A stretch of 63,366 nucleotides of DNA, the filler included, from Intoshia linei (taxonomy: Eukaryota; Animalia; Orthonectida): assembly GCA_001642005.1 (NCBI GenBank). It is 11 parts of 11 records of this genome, joined end to end, with 100 filler letters (N's around TTAATTAATTAA, not from the genome) between each part and the next. Parts side by side here need not be neighbours in the genome. Positions count along the whole stretch, not along the records: positions 29,478 to 38,969 come from LWCA01001359.1; positions 39,070 to 41,792 come from LWCA01002231.1; positions 41,893 to 44,614 come from LWCA01002232.1; positions 44,715 to 46,530 come from LWCA01002493.1; positions 46,631 to 63,366 come from LWCA01000861.1; 6 more parts are not named here. One strand, 5' to 3'. The notes under the pieces are model-generated. The model saw only the letters and a program-made list of their open reading frames with translations. It searched no databases and was not told the DNA's origin. This document shows positions 36,229-49,825 of the stretch, piece by piece (the stretch's first letter is position 1; the number at the start of each line of letters is the position of its first letter). Made by a program: the position numbers and the translations under genes.

Positions 36229-36694
36229 CAAAATAGGTTTTTATAATTTATATTTTTCTGGAATTTATGCTATTTATTAAAATTTTTAGGATTAGATTGT
36301 TTTTACTTTATTTTTAATATTATACACACATTCTGTCTAATAAATTAAGAAATGGAATAAAAAGTAATGTGATATGACGGTTTTAACTGAAACAAGTTTG
36401 GGAACCACTCCTTTAAATGATTGATAATAGTGAATAGTAGGATTTTTAAGTTAGATTTTCAACGTGAATTTATTTTTTAAGTATAATAAAAATGTGCTCT
36501 CGGCAGAGCTAGGTCCTGTTTGTACGTAGTATGTAAATTTATTTTTTGGTAGTATAAAAATGTTCCCTCGGTAGAACTAGGCTACGAGAATTTATTTTGT
36601 TGGTATACTAAAAATGTGCACTCGGCAGAGCTAGGTGTTGTTTGTACGTAGTACATAATAGTCAACCTAGTTAAAATTATAAAGCTGCTGTATA

Positions 36695-36863
36695 CAGTAA
36701 AACCTCAATTAACGAACAAATTAAAATACATAAAATTAAGTAGAAAAATGTCCGAAAATTAATTTTATAAGTAAAGTGAAATAAAATAGGTAATGTAAAT
36801 TAGACTCTCGCTTAACAAACAAGAACTTGGAACGAATTGGTTCGTTAAAGGGAGGTATTACTG
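36695..36863. mobile_element. pogo/Tigger-type MITE
   Basis: TA|CAGTAAAACCTCAATTAACGAAC ... GTTCGTTAAAGGGAGGTATTACTG|TA. Confidence 0.8.
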
Positions 36864-37199
36864 TAATTTTGAAAAATTTTATTATTTACTAAAATTGAAT
36901 TTAAATATTTAGATTGATGATAATTTATTCCAATTTGCAAGAAACGGAGCTGAAGGACAACAAATTTTGTACATATATTGCATAAAAAACTTAATTGGCC
37001 AGTATAAAATTAACCTTTTACGATACATGAACATTTGTACAGTCAGTCTAGACTTGTATTTTAATCTATTCGTCTGTCGCAACCATTTTATTTTTAATTC
37101 TAAATGCTGCGACCAAAAAGAATGTAAAAACCCAGATAAATGTATTTTTGCTATAATTAGATTATACAATTTGTTTTAAAATGTAATTGTACAATTTTA

Positions 37200-38190
37200 T
37201 TAAATTATAATTTTACAATTGCATTTCGGTTCATATATTATACTTTTGTTGGCATAGTCTTGTTGGGTTAATGTAATTGAATTTAGGTTTGTGCTATACA
37301 TTTGTTTTTTTAATTTTTCTTTTTTTAGTCTAAAGAATGTATAAAACATAATTATCATATACCCTTTGCGATAATTTAAGATAAATAGAATTAAAATTGT
37401 TCCAAATAATACACCAAATATGATTCCCATTGCTATAGCTAATATTAATCCTACTAAATGGAAAGATTTTAAAATGATTAAATTTTCCTTGTTTACCAGA
37501 ATTATCTATAACATTCTGATTGTTTTCTAGAATTTTTTTATTATACATATTTTATAAAAAAAAACTTGAATGGTCTTCACATTTTGGTGGATTTCCCAAC
37601 CATTTACCATGTTCACATTTGTATATACTATAAGTGGTTTTTTTATCTTTGCACGATATGAGCATTCTAGAAGATTCTAATCTCTGAATATTGTATATTT
37701 GTGAATTAAAATTGAAAGTTGTGCAACCTTTTACTAAAATAAATAATTAAAATTTTTTTTGGTTTATTTAGATTAGTTCAATTATACGTTTATAATGTAG
37801 TAAGAGTTTTATTCCAATTGATGTTTTGTATAGGTTTAACGATACATCAGACAATGTAGGTTTTTGTAATATCACATTTCGTTTATTTTCTGTACATATA
37901 TTTTGAAAAACTGAATCGTTTTTGTTATGTAATGCCAAGTTGCCAATACATTGCTTATAAAATTCATTTTTATTTGACATTGAAAATTCGTATTTTGTGA
38001 TAGATAATGATTGTCCGTTCGTTTTTAATTTTGCGGTGCAAAGTTCTTTATTTGTGTATTTTGTTATTACGTGAGGTTTAAAGAATGCTTTATTATATAT
38101 TATTTTTATGAGACCCTCATTTTCTAAATGTATTTCATTTTCAATGTTTTTGCAGAGTTTATCTTTCAAATTTAGATATGTTACTAAAAT
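37200..38190 (-). CDS. Single-pass membrane protein with CUB-like region, sushi/CCP domain, TM helix and Tyr-containing tail (5' end uncertain)
   Basis: ORF 38169-37768 with spaced Cys; next exon KGCTTF...ISCKDK...YKCEHGKWLGNPPKC (sushi); TM LAIAMGIIFGVLFGTILILFIL; tail QDYANKSIIYEPK. Confidence 0.6.
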
Positions 38191-38359
38191 TTATCATATA
38201 TAATGTTAAAATATGTCAATATTACAAGATGAATTTCTCAATTAAAATATTTTCAATTTGGAAAATAAAATTTTTACTACTATTAATATGTACCAGTATA
38301 TAAGTCAGAACCGTAATTACCGTTCTAGGTCCCTCTTCGGGGTCCTACCAGTGGCAAAA

Positions 38360-38886
38360 TAAATTTCAATCCCCCAAACTCACATCTTACGGGTCAAAAA
38401 CCCCAGTTGTCCCTCTTTTTGAAAATCAAACGAGTTAGAAAATTTAAAAAAATCATATCTTCAAAGCCAAAACCCCACATTATCCTTCTTTTTTTAATGA
38501 AAACAGCCCTAGAATTTCAAAAAATTTACAGGTCGTAGAGTTTTAGCATGTTAACTCACATAGAAAATTTCAATCCGAATAAGTGACGACTTCACGGCCA
38601 AAAAAGTATTTTAGTATTCATATATTTTTTTCGCGAAATATTTTATTAAAACAAAAAATATAAAATAATTAACGGTCCGAAAATTTAAAAAAAAAAAAAA
38701 TTCTGATAGAGCTTATTCCAGTTGATATAAATACAAAATTTCAACCCCAGAAATCAACCATTCATGGTCACAAATAATTTTTAACATTATCAATCAATAT
38801 TTTCCAAATATTTCGATTAAACTAAAAAATTAAAAATGTAAATATTGATCCTACAATTTCAAAAAAACTGTGCATTGCACCTCTAC
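38360..38886 (+). mobile_element. Non-autonomous Helitron copy (5'-truncated)
   Basis: Colinear with the 31294-31904 element; ends ctGTGCATTGCACctctac (perfect hairpin). Confidence 0.75.
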
Positions 38887-39289
38887 ACATTTCCAATAAA
38901 GAAATATGGGTAAAAATCTGTATAATTCATTCCTTCGGAATTTTTTTCATTGCTACGCAATTTTTAAATNNNNNNNNNNNNNNNNNNNNNNNNNNNNNNN
39001 NNNNNNNNNNNNNTTAATTAATTAANNNNNNNNNNNNNNNNNNNNNNNNNNNNNNNNNNNNNNNNNNNNGATATATATTCAGTACCAATTTAATAAATAC
39101 TTAAAAATACCAATTATGTATAATTAAAGGAATCTTCACTTTATAAACATATTTCAGGCGAATTTTACCAAAATTGCAAATAATTGTAATGAAAATGATA
39201 ATAACAAAGTTGTACTACCTTTAGTAATGGTTGTTATAGTTTTAATTTAAATTTTATACAAAAAGTTTTGAAAATGCGAAGTTGAAATT

Positions 39290-39741
39290 TAAAAATCTAA
39301 AATGCTTTTTGACCGTGAAGTCATCACTTATTCAGATTGAAATTTTTTGTGTTTGTTAACAGGATAGAACTGTATCACCTGTAATTTTTTTTAAATGCTA
39401 GGGCAGTTTTCATTAAAAAAAGAAGGGTAATTTAGGGTTTTGGCCCTGAAGATATATTATTTTTAATTTAAGTTTATGATAATCTTTATGATTTTAAAAT
39501 CCGTCTCAGAGTGTATATTTTTTTTAGATTCTCGAACTCGTTTGATTTTCAAAAAAAAGGATAATTGGTGTTTTTGACACGTAAGATGTTAGTTTGGGAG
39601 GTTGAAATTTATTTTGCTAACACCCCTGCAAAAAGTGTAATTGGAATGTGGACTTTAAAAAATTTTAAGACTGGTAGTTATTTAAATAAACGGTAACACA
39701 CACACAAACCAATATTGCGTAGCATATTATATAAATAAGCA
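39290..39741 (-). mobile_element. Non-autonomous Helitron copy (3'-truncated)
   Basis: Same 5' tatataatatgctacgc-(GT)n block and same internal sequence. Confidence 0.75.
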
Positions 39742-39963
39742 TGTAAGTGATATTCAATAAAACTGAATTATCAGCAGTTTTATGTAGTTATCATGAATTA
39801 TAGTTTGTAATTGTTGACTTTCCTATAATTAAAAATTTTTATCTATTTTAATTTTAGTGTTATTTTTCTGAGTGGTATAAATGCTTCAAAATAATCAAGT
39901 TTAAAAAAACCATTAGCCTTAAAATAAAGCGTAAATTTATAAGTTTTCATTCTTGATCTAGAT

Positions 39964-40565
39964 CAGTGATTCCAAACGGAGGGTGTGCGCACCACTAGTG
40001 GGGCTTGTGAATATTTGGTTGGGCTTTCAAAGTTTTACAAAACAAAATAATTGATTGGTTATCAATGATTTCTATTGTTAAAAACTCATTGATAAGCTCA
40101 ATTTTTATTAAAATTTACATATATTTTTAGAGATTATTTTACATGCGTTTTTGATTACAACGATGATTAGTGATCATTGACCAAATCACATTTATATAAA
40201 GAATTTATCACATTTAACTTTGAAGTCATAACTTATAACAACCATTGAAACACAGTGATAAACTTTACCAGTTAAAGTTACAGCAATGATGATTCTTGAA
40301 CAAGATAAACTAAACTTTGGTAAATTCTCATATTTTTGATAAACTAAAATTATTTACACTAAACTCATAAATCACAAATTAATTAAGTTTATTTTGTTAT
40401 ATTAAATTTTAATTTAACTTTTTACCCCAATTTGCAGTAATATATAAACATAAAAAAAACTGTTAGGAACACCACATGGAAATATTTGTTATAAATTATG
40501 GTGAAGCGTAGAAATTTCGTAGGGATAAAAGTAGGTCATGACATTTAAAAGGTTGGGAAACACTG
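39964..40565. mobile_element. hAT (Buster-type) MITE
   Basis: CAGTGATTCCAAAC ... GTTGGGAAACACTG; perfect TSD ATCTAGAT. Confidence 0.9.
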
Positions 40566-40983
40566 ATCTAGATACTTTGACTACTTTGTTTATCAGTTCT
40601 CACTAAAAATTAATCCACCATCTTGGATGATTTATATTAAAAAATATAATTGTAGCGTCAATAATATACAAAAATTGAAAACATAATTATTATATCAATC
40701 TACTAATTAACCTGATTAAGATAATACAATTATCTAAATTTTTCTTCTTTTTTATAAATCTATATATCGATTATAAACGATATATAACATTTTAAACGTA
40801 TTTATATTATAAATATCATAATATTTATATATGGTATATATTCTTGTATTGTATATACTTGAATATTTCATCAACGGTTAAATTCAATTAGTTTAAACGA
40901 AACTATACTTTTAATTATAATTTAAGCATTTCTTAATATTACTTGAATATTAATATAATACTACAATTTGATGAATACATGAA

Positions 40984-41449
40984 ATGACGAATTTGTCAGA
41001 AATTTCACATTATGATATTCATTTGGTTGTCACAAGTTGGAATGCTCTCATAGGGAATGAGGAATATTCAATGCTTTATTTGAAATATCTATTGCAAATG
41101 AACCCGGGCCTTCAAAAAGTATTTAAAAAATTTGATAATGTCCCAATTGAAAATTTGCAAGACAATGATTTTGCGATACACCAAGCTCATTCTACATGGA
41201 AAGCTATTTCAAAAGGAATATCATATATCGGTAATGGTGAAATTGATGCTGCAAACAATGAATTGAATAATTTCATCACTTATCATCAAAATATTCAAGG
41301 ATTTGAAGGGAAAATGTTTGAGGTTTTTATTCTTACGAGTTATTTAGTTTTTATTGAATATTATTCTGGATTGTCGGATTTTTAGGGATGACACAGAAAC
41401 ATTTGAATTTTTCGTAATTGGTAACATAACAAAGTTACATCATAAATAA
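40984..41449 (+). CDS. Globin (exons 40984-41322 and 41348-41449; 146 aa)
   Basis: A-helix VVTSW, C2 Pro and CD1 Phe (NPGLQKVFKKF), F8 His (ITYHQNI), G5 Phe (KMFE). A phase-0 25-nt GT-AG intron at the G7.0 position gives a canonical-length globin. Confidence 0.85.
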
Positions 41450-42646
41450 TGGTTGATTAATTGAGATGGTATATTTTTGTGGGGAAAGTGCGACCTTTAA
41501 TAGAACAATTGATTTACTTGAAAAATGTGAATTATTTTTCATTTAATTTTATTTATATTATTACAATATATGTTCATGCATGTTCAATAGGGTGTGCACT
41601 TTTGACATTTTTTTTGAATTTCAAAAAGTATATTTGAGTGCAGATACATTATGTTATTTAGAACACAATGACAAAAAAAAAATTGAAAACGGTCGTAATT
41701 TTCAAAGGCAAAAAATTTGTACTTTGAAGTTTATTTTATTTAAATAATTTTACAATTATTAATATAAATTATTTATTTATATATTATTGTTANNNNNNNN
41801 NNNNNNNNNNNNNNNNNNNNNNNNNNNNNNNNNNNNTTAATTAATTAANNNNNNNNNNNNNNNNNNNNNNNNNNNNNNNNNNNNNNNNNNNNAAAACATT
41901 TAAATGACCATATTATACCTTGGTCACAGGGTTGTAGAGTAGATGTAGTGTTTGCACGTATATTTATTGTGTTATGGTGTATTTAATCCATTAAATACAT
42001 TTTCATTGAAAGCAATTATAATATTTTGTTCATTTTTTTTTATGTCACTGACGGTAGATGATGAGAGATTATACTTATCACAAATGTAGCTTTGTTTGAA
42101 CTTTTTGAAATTATCAAAAATTTTTTGTTTAACACATAATGATATTTTTTTTCTTTTTAATTTTGAATGATAATAAAATTTATAAATGTCAATATAGATG
42201 AAGGTGATATTAAAATGATATTGGATAACTTAAAATTTATGATTAATTAACAATTAAGCTTTATATTTAATTTTTTTTATTAACGGAATTTTTGTTTCAT
42301 ACAAAATTGTTAACAAGAAAATCGATTCCGTTATAATGGACTTAGACTGTATTGTCATTTGAAACAGTTTTTATGTCAATATTATATGATGAACATTGTA
42401 GAATATATTTTAAATTGAATATTTACCAGCACTTTGATTCTTTAAAATATTTTCTATCTAGCTATTTGAATTCCCACACTTCAAAACTTATAAACTGTTT
42501 CTTAAGATATAAATGTGAAGTATTTTTTAATAAATAGGAACCTCTTTTTAAGATATAAGTGTGAAGTATTTTTATTAATTTGGGGGCCTTTTTTAATGAG
42601 TGGCCCTGGGGTACAGCCCATATTGCCCATGCCTTAAAACGGCTCT

Positions 42647-43750
42647 GTATCAACCACAGGTATCGGAATAGTCACAGAATCGCATATAGTCACTCAAGGC
42701 ATTTTGTTATTGCTATGTCTCAACATCTTACTATCTTTAATGCCAATTTTACGTTCTGTTTGTTATCAAAATTAGAAAATTCTGGATGTGTATTAGAACT
42801 TAAATCATCGCATTCAATTAAATTGGTTCAATTACACTATTTCGTATATTTTTAATGGGAGCTTTTACGCCAAAAACAGCTTGGTATAGGCTGGTCTGTA
42901 TACCAGAATGCCATCTTGTCTTTGTTGGGTATTGTACTGTTGACAATGAAAGGTACCATGGCTTTTTAGGGTTTTGGTGTCTCCATGCCGCAATAAGTGG
43001 GTCAATGTCCCTATTATCTCTTTCAACGTTTTCTGAGACTGATAGTGGCGCGGTATGGATCGCCTATGGATCAATTTACAGCTAGGCCAATATGATTTCA
43101 AAAAATTTGACATGTGTTGATTTTTAAATTCACGTCCATTATCACTTTCCAATATTTCAGGTGATCCAAAGATAACACCTCTGTGACCATTTCAGCTATA
43201 TTTCTCAATCAATGGTCGTATAATGCAAAATTTAGTAAAGTGATTCTAGTAATGCAATATAAAGTTGTACTTCTCATTGGCAGATTGCATATTGATTAGA
43301 TCAATTTCGACTTGCGAATTAAAATTTGCAGTTAAGATAGGTTTATGAACAAGGTTCTTTCTGTTAAATGGTTTTTTAAGTGGCATACCTCACACTTCTT
43401 GAGAAATGATATTATTTGCTTTCTAGTAATTTTGCTAAACTTGCATCTTAAATCCTAAATTTATCGATTAATAATAATAAACTAATTCTGCATGGATGTA
43501 TATTTGTCCATAGTGATAGAAAACCTCATTCCCTTCTCATTTATTTTGCAACATTATTTTAAGTTCTTCCTTTTTTTATTGTAAAACGATAGAATCATTC
43601 TTTTTACAGAGTTATGGCAAGTGGGAGGAGTATTGTCATATTCACTGTTCCGTTTTTTAAAACTCATTTCAATAAAATCGCTTTTTTCTATTCTATTAAA
43701 TAAGAAATTATCCATGACTGCCATTTGGATACCTCTTCTTCCATCGATTT
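42647..43750 (-). mobile_element. Ginger2/KRBA2-SCAND3-like integrase (rve) transposon remnant
   Basis: HKPILTANFNSQVEIDLINM, FILHY*NHFTKFC.LRPL, FGSPEILESDNGREF, VERDNRDI, YQAVFG; stops and frameshifts; no RT. Confidence 0.8.
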
Positions 43751-44059
43751 TTTAATATCAAGAAAATCTATCCTTCGAAATTTTGCTTGGTTTGTATTTT
43801 CGTTCAAATTAATATTATGAACATTTTAACCATAATAATAATCCACTGGTAGTTCTTGAAGATTTTACAATTTTATAAAATTTTGTGCATTTACAGTGGA
43901 AATTGGATCGTGAAAACACTTCATTGTAAAAACACTTGATACTAAATACAGCTAAATTAAAGTGTCCAGATACTTAGTACACTAAATAAGTACTTTCCGA
44001 AATTTCTTATAAACAATAAGAACATTAAAATTGGAATTGAAAGTTCTAGCAATTTAATT

Positions 44060-44614
44060 TTTTTTTTTAATATAATAATGATTTATTGAAGTAAGCAATT
44101 TGCTTGGATACAATATATATTGCTTTATGGAATAGTTTTTTTAAAATTAACTTTTGTGGTTTGCTTTTTGAAAACTGTTGAGGATTTGAGTGATGTAATT
44201 GCTTTGGGTAGTTGGTTCCAGTGGTTCGTTATTCGGTTGTAGAAGGAATTTTTTTGGAGGTTTGTCGCAAATCGTTTTTTAAATATTTTTCCATTTTGTC
44301 GGGTTGTTGTGTAGTTAAATTGGATAGGTGAGATTATGTTTGAATTTAGTATTTTATAGATGAGGTTGAGGTCCATGAGTGATCTTCTATGTTGAAGTGA
44401 CATATTAGAACGGAATAGATTTTTTTTGTTTACAGATTCGAGACGTTTTATATTTTTCTTTTTTGATGGATTCCAAACTTGGCTCGCGTATTCGATTTTT
44501 GGTAAAATAAATAATTTAAACAGAGGAAGTAAATATTTGGGGTATCGCAAGGCAATAGTTTTTTTAATTCTGAATGTCTCAATTTTAGCAGCACGCACAA
44601 CGCGTTCAATGTGT
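44060..44614 (-). mobile_element. Non-LTR retrotransposon (CR1/L2-group LINE) 3' end
   Basis: LFKLFILPKIEYASQVWNP...LESV, DLNLIYKI, SFYNRITNHWNQLP; 3' tail aataaatcattattatatt-poly(A). Confidence 0.9.
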
Positions 44615-45076
44615 NNNNNNNNNNNNNNNNNNNNNNNNNNNNNNNNNNNNNNNNNNNNTTAATTAATTAANNNNNNNNNNNNNNNNNNNNNNNNNNNNNN
44701 NNNNNNNNNNNNNNATATATTTTTTAAATTCAAAATTAATTATTTATTTCATTTGGGCTAAAAAATTTTAAAGTAGACAATTTTATTTAACTTTCCCGAT
44801 AGATAGATATACAGAAAAATACATGCTCGAAAAAGCCTATGAGTCAATAGTAACTAGAATAAGTGGATTTTGATGAATAATATCTAAACAATTCAAATAT
44901 CCGAAATTATTTGATAAAAATAGCAAGTATTCGGTTAATTTCAACTGTTAAAATGCAAACATAAAATAGGCGGACACAGAATATTTTAAAATTTATTGAG
45001 TTTCCCATTCATCAATTTCAATAATCCTGTATCATTTGTACTTTGTTCAGTATCTTATTAATTAATAATTTTAATT

Positions 45077-46530
45077 TTAAGAAACTAATAATATTATTAC
45101 GTATATAGATAAGTTGTAAGATAACATTTCAGCAGTTGGTTCATATTTGTCGCATGAAGTCTCATATACCTCTAGCGTAGTTTTTATCCTAATAAGAGAA
45201 GACAACATATCGATATTCATTCTGTTTCTGCACTTGGATTTTATATGTGCTAATCTAAAAAATATTCTTTCTAAACAAGTGTTGCTGATATGCAGAGAAT
45301 AAGCCTTTAAAGCAAATTTGGCCAGGTTTTTGAAAATTTGATTGCCACAAGAATTTCTATACTCATAAATACCTGCCAAAAATCTACATCCATCAATTAT
45401 TGGTATTTCGTTATTAAAATATGTTATAAGATCTGTTACTCTCATGATCCTCCATTTTTCCTGGATTGTATCAATCATAGAAATGTCATCAACAAAAGAA
45501 AGAGGCAACAAGGTAAAATCTGAATTTACATTTAAGATATTTGCAGGTGAAAAATTTTTAATCATATTCAAAGCATCCACAGGTTGTGAAATTCTATTTG
45601 AAGTTTCTTTGATACATTTTATCAAAAATTGTTTCATTACGATAAGAATAGTGTCTAAAATAATTTGTGGAAAAGTTGACAAGTATTGTCTTGTAGAATA
45701 ACCTATATCGATTAAGGGCAAATCCAAATATATTGAAGGGTAATCAAAATTAATTGTATCCAAATTTGAATGTTTTATAACTCTAATTTTTAATGATTCG
45801 TAAAAAGAATTCAAATCATCTATCAATCCACAATGGTCAGCCCGATTTGATTGAAAATTCCGATTCATGCTTTCAAATTTTGAAAACACGGGTTGTAGAA
45901 ATTTTAAATAAGCCAAATTTACATCAGAATATAAATCTAATAGGATATTAGCACTATTAACATATGAAGTACTGTTTTGAATGTATAAATTTAAAAATGT
46001 CTTGATTACATCAAACTGTTCTACAATAACCCCAAGGGCTTTAGATCTAACTAACCATCTTGTTTTGCATATAGGAATACATTTTAATGGAGATCTTTCA
46101 TTGTAAATAATTTTATAGAGATTTCTGTATTGTTCTAATCGTAGAGGAGACTTATTAAAAAAAGCAAAAGTGGATTTGATCAAAATTTAAATATCGTGAG
46201 GGATTACATCAAATGCATGTGAGCAAACTAAATTCAGAGAATGGCATATACATTTTACCAAAATAATATCCGGTATTAATACTTTTAATTTAGAGTATAG
46301 GAAATTATATGGACCGCAAAAATTTGAAGCACCGTCGGTTGCGATGCTTATACATGCATTGATGTTTATTGATAAATCTGTAAAAAATTTTTTAACCACA
46401 GTATACAACGTTTCTGCATCTGTTTTGCCTACTTTGACAATTCCGAGGAACTGTGTTATGATCTTTTTTTGTTTGACCATTAAATCAAAAAAAATTGTAA
46501 GAGAATCAAAATTAGTAAGCGAGTCTAAAA
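45077..46530 (-). mobile_element. hAT transposase (ZNF862-like), C-terminal two thirds with one stop
   Basis: SIATDGASNFCG, CICHSLNL, TRWLVR, SNTCLERIF...KSKCRNRM. Confidence 0.9.
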
Positions 46531-46630
46531 NNNNNNNNNNNNNNNNNNNNNNNNNNNNNNNNNNNNNNNNNNNNTTAATTAATTAANNNNNNNNNNNNNN
46601 NNNNNNNNNNNNNNNNNNNNNNNNNNNNNN

Positions 46631-47060
46631 ATTTATGTGCGATATATCGAACAATTTATCAATTGTATTAATGAAATTATCCTCGCGGAATATTTGGGAC
46701 TTACATCTACTATTTTTATTTTTTTTTAATAAATTATAGCGTTCGCAGTATATCTTTAATAGAAATTGAACTTTTAATCCACAAATCTAACACTTTCATC
46801 ACAGTTATATTCAAAACTTGAAAAACCCCATATTCCTTTTTTCTATGATAAAAATAAATATACGTCCCGTAATGTTGGGAAGTTATATTTACAAAAATCT
46901 TCCATCACATTGCGTATTATCCAAATATAATCCGCGTATCTTGTTAACAAGTGCATTTCAAATAAAACTTTATAATTTAAATTAATAAAGCTCAATTTGA
47001 GCACTACGTTAAAATTAATCTTGCTTCCTAAAATTTTGCATAGACATACGTATGAATATG
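46631..47060 (-). mobile_element. hATm-type 5' remnant
   Basis: Homologous to 14136-14540 (DFCKYNFPTLRD...TVMKVLDLWIK; shared cctaaaattt.g.ata.a.atacgtatgaat). Confidence 0.7.
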
Positions 47061-47989
47061 AAGAATAAAATTAGATAATAGCTCATCAGAGAATATTAGT
47101 GAATAAATATATATGACATGATATGACCATTCATTCCAATTTTTTGATTAAAATGTCTAATTTTAAAGTTCGGTCTGGGATCTACTATATAACTAACTTA
47201 AATAATAATAATAAAGTTAATTTAAATCGTTAATTAGATTAAATTTAAGGCACGTAAAAATTATTAACGTTATTCAGTGAAACTTCCCTTCATTTTGATA
47301 AAATGTTTACGTTTTATAATAATAATAATAAATGATCGATAATGAATAATATTATAATTTAATTTTATTGTCAAAAAAGGAGTACATATTCATTTTGGGC
47401 ATATCTGGAAAAATTTCAATATCTCAATATATCAAATAATCAGTATCTGATTCTTCAGAGAATCCGAAGAAAATTTTTCGAAAAATTAATAAAAAGTGAA
47501 TCAGCCTTTTCTCCGGTCAGAGACACACAAAATAAAACTGTTATCCTCTCCTTTTTTGTTTTACTACAAATATTACAATTTCAGAAGTTGCTTAAGTTTT
47601 TTTAGATCCCCGTTTATAGTATAATCCAGTTTAGTCATAATTCCATACATCGTCTGGCTTATTTTAAGAAATTTTCTTTTTATTATATTATTCGAAAAAG
47701 AATTTGGAACGTTTATTAAGAGATACAGTTAGAAAAAAGTGATTTTTAGAAATGACTCAATACTGACGTAAAAAATAGAAATTTTGGCCCATATAATACT
47801 GGTTATAATTTTAATTAGTTGTAACAAAGTTTCTGTTTATATTTACGTAAGATTTTTCGAATAAACCGCTATTATCACATTGAAAGTATTTGCTATCACA
47901 TCGCTTGGAATTGTTATCACATGGAAAATCGTTATTCGATTTTGAGTTTAGCTATTATCCGATCGGTTGTAATTACTATCATATGAATA

Positions 47990-48590
47990 GTGAAATGGTA
48001 TAGTATTCAAGTATATATACCCAATGGTATGGAATGTGACAGAAAAAGAATGTGGGATGGGAAACACAAGTTTAATGCTTTGAAAAAAGAAGTAGGCGTC
48101 ATGAAATGTAAGCCCCATTATGCATTATTTTCTTGTCCATCGACTATGAGAAGTTTACACGACTACAAGGCATTTAAATCTAATTTTAAATTCAGGGTAT
48201 ATAGAAGACGCACATGATACATCGGGAATTAGAAAAATTGCTGTTAAAAAACCAACTCAATGCGTAACACAACTTCAAATTAAAGAACATGACAAACAAT
48301 GTACTATAATATCACTTGTTGAAAGATTCTTCGTAAGACTAAAGCAAGCTTTCTCAGTTTTTTTTGGGATTTATAGATATGATCATCAAAATTTCGACAT
48401 TGATTTCGATAACGCTGTATTGCTAACTAACGAATTGATGTGTAAAACTGGATTAACCGAAGATGATCAAAAATATCAAAAAAAAATTGTACGCTAACAT
48501 CATGGATAAAGAAGACCACGTGACGTAAAAAAAAAGAAGACGCAAATCAAGTACAGAGAAAATATTAAGAAAAGATTAGAAACTTAAATT
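47990..48590 (+). mobile_element. PIF/Harbinger-ISL2EU-like (DDE_Tnp_4) transposase remnant
   Basis: WDGKHKFNALKKEVGV, SLHDY, later VERFFVRLK; disrupted. Confidence 0.6.
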
Positions 48591-48639
48591 AAATTAAATT
48601 AAATGTTAAATATTTCTATATTTTTTGTATACAAGTATA

Positions 48640-48955
48640 TCTTCACTTATATAATATGCTACGCGATTTTTGTTTGTGTGTGTGTGTGTTCCACTTTATT
48701 GAAATAACTACCAGTCTTAGAATTTTATAAATTCCACATTTCAGTTACAGTTTTTTCCGAGACGTATAATAACATAAATTTCAACCTCCCAAATTCACAT
48801 CTTAAGGGATCAAAAACCCAATTGTCCTATTTTTGAAAATCAAACGAGTTGGAGAATTTAAAAAAATATATACGCTGATACGGACTTTAAAATCATGAAA
48901 ATAAGCATAAATTTAAATTTCAAATAATTATATCTTCAGGGCCAAAACCACAAAA
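48640..48955 (+). mobile_element. Non-autonomous Helitron copy (5' part)
   Basis: A|TCTTCACTTATATAATATGCTACGCGATTTTTGTTT followed by a (GT)n run. Confidence 0.78.
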
Positions 48956-49825
48956 CCACTTGGATTTATGTATTATGTTTATAGATGTCTCTTGGATCTA
49001 AATTAACAATTCTAGAAAAACCATAAAATCATGAATCAAAAATATTTGTAGATAAAATAAATTTAATATACAATTTATGTATTTCTATTTTAAAATTTCA
49101 TCTGGTTTGTAATTAATTAATTAAAAATGATTTAGACGTACAACCATTATGTGAAATAACTTGTATTATTACTTTTAAATGGCTTTTGACATAACATAAG
49201 TTTCGTGAAGAAAGATATTTCAGAAAATTTATTTTATTTCAGGTGTGTAATTCAGGTAACTATTTAAAATTTTTTTTTTCTATTAGATAAAATTTACATG
49301 ATATGTTTAACAAATAGACAGCTTTAACTAGATAAAAAATCGAAAAACAAAGCTGACATATCTATTTATTAATTATATTACCCTATTTTTACTACCCCGT
49401 ATCTCGGGTCCCTAACCTAGACTATCAGAAAAAATATACATCGTGATGCTAATAAAAAACAATACATTGATTTACATTGTACCTGAAAAAATTTGATAAA
49501 ACTGGTATGCCGTATTATTATTTTTTTTCATTGAATATTATAAAAAAAAATTTAGAATAAATTATATAAATGGTAGGATATAATAAAATGTCAATTTAGC
49601 ACAAAATAGAACTCAGCGTTGTGTTACGTTATTAAACAGCAGATTGAAAAGTTAATTAAACATTATTCACTTGTAAATAAATTTTTATTGACTTTTCAAT
49701 AAAAGTGATTTTTGGTTCATAATCTCTAGACATCGTGTTTATATTTGTACATCTTCTTAGTTAGTTGTATATTTCAGTTACTATCTACTAGTAAAATTCA
49801 AAATACTCATTTATAATACTCATCA

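Noticed and set aside
47870-47990. Periodic tatcaca motifs resembling a repeat-spacer array
   Set aside because: Short, degenerate and adjacent to a transposase remnant; best explained as TE subterminal repeats. Eukaryotic context with no cas genes.
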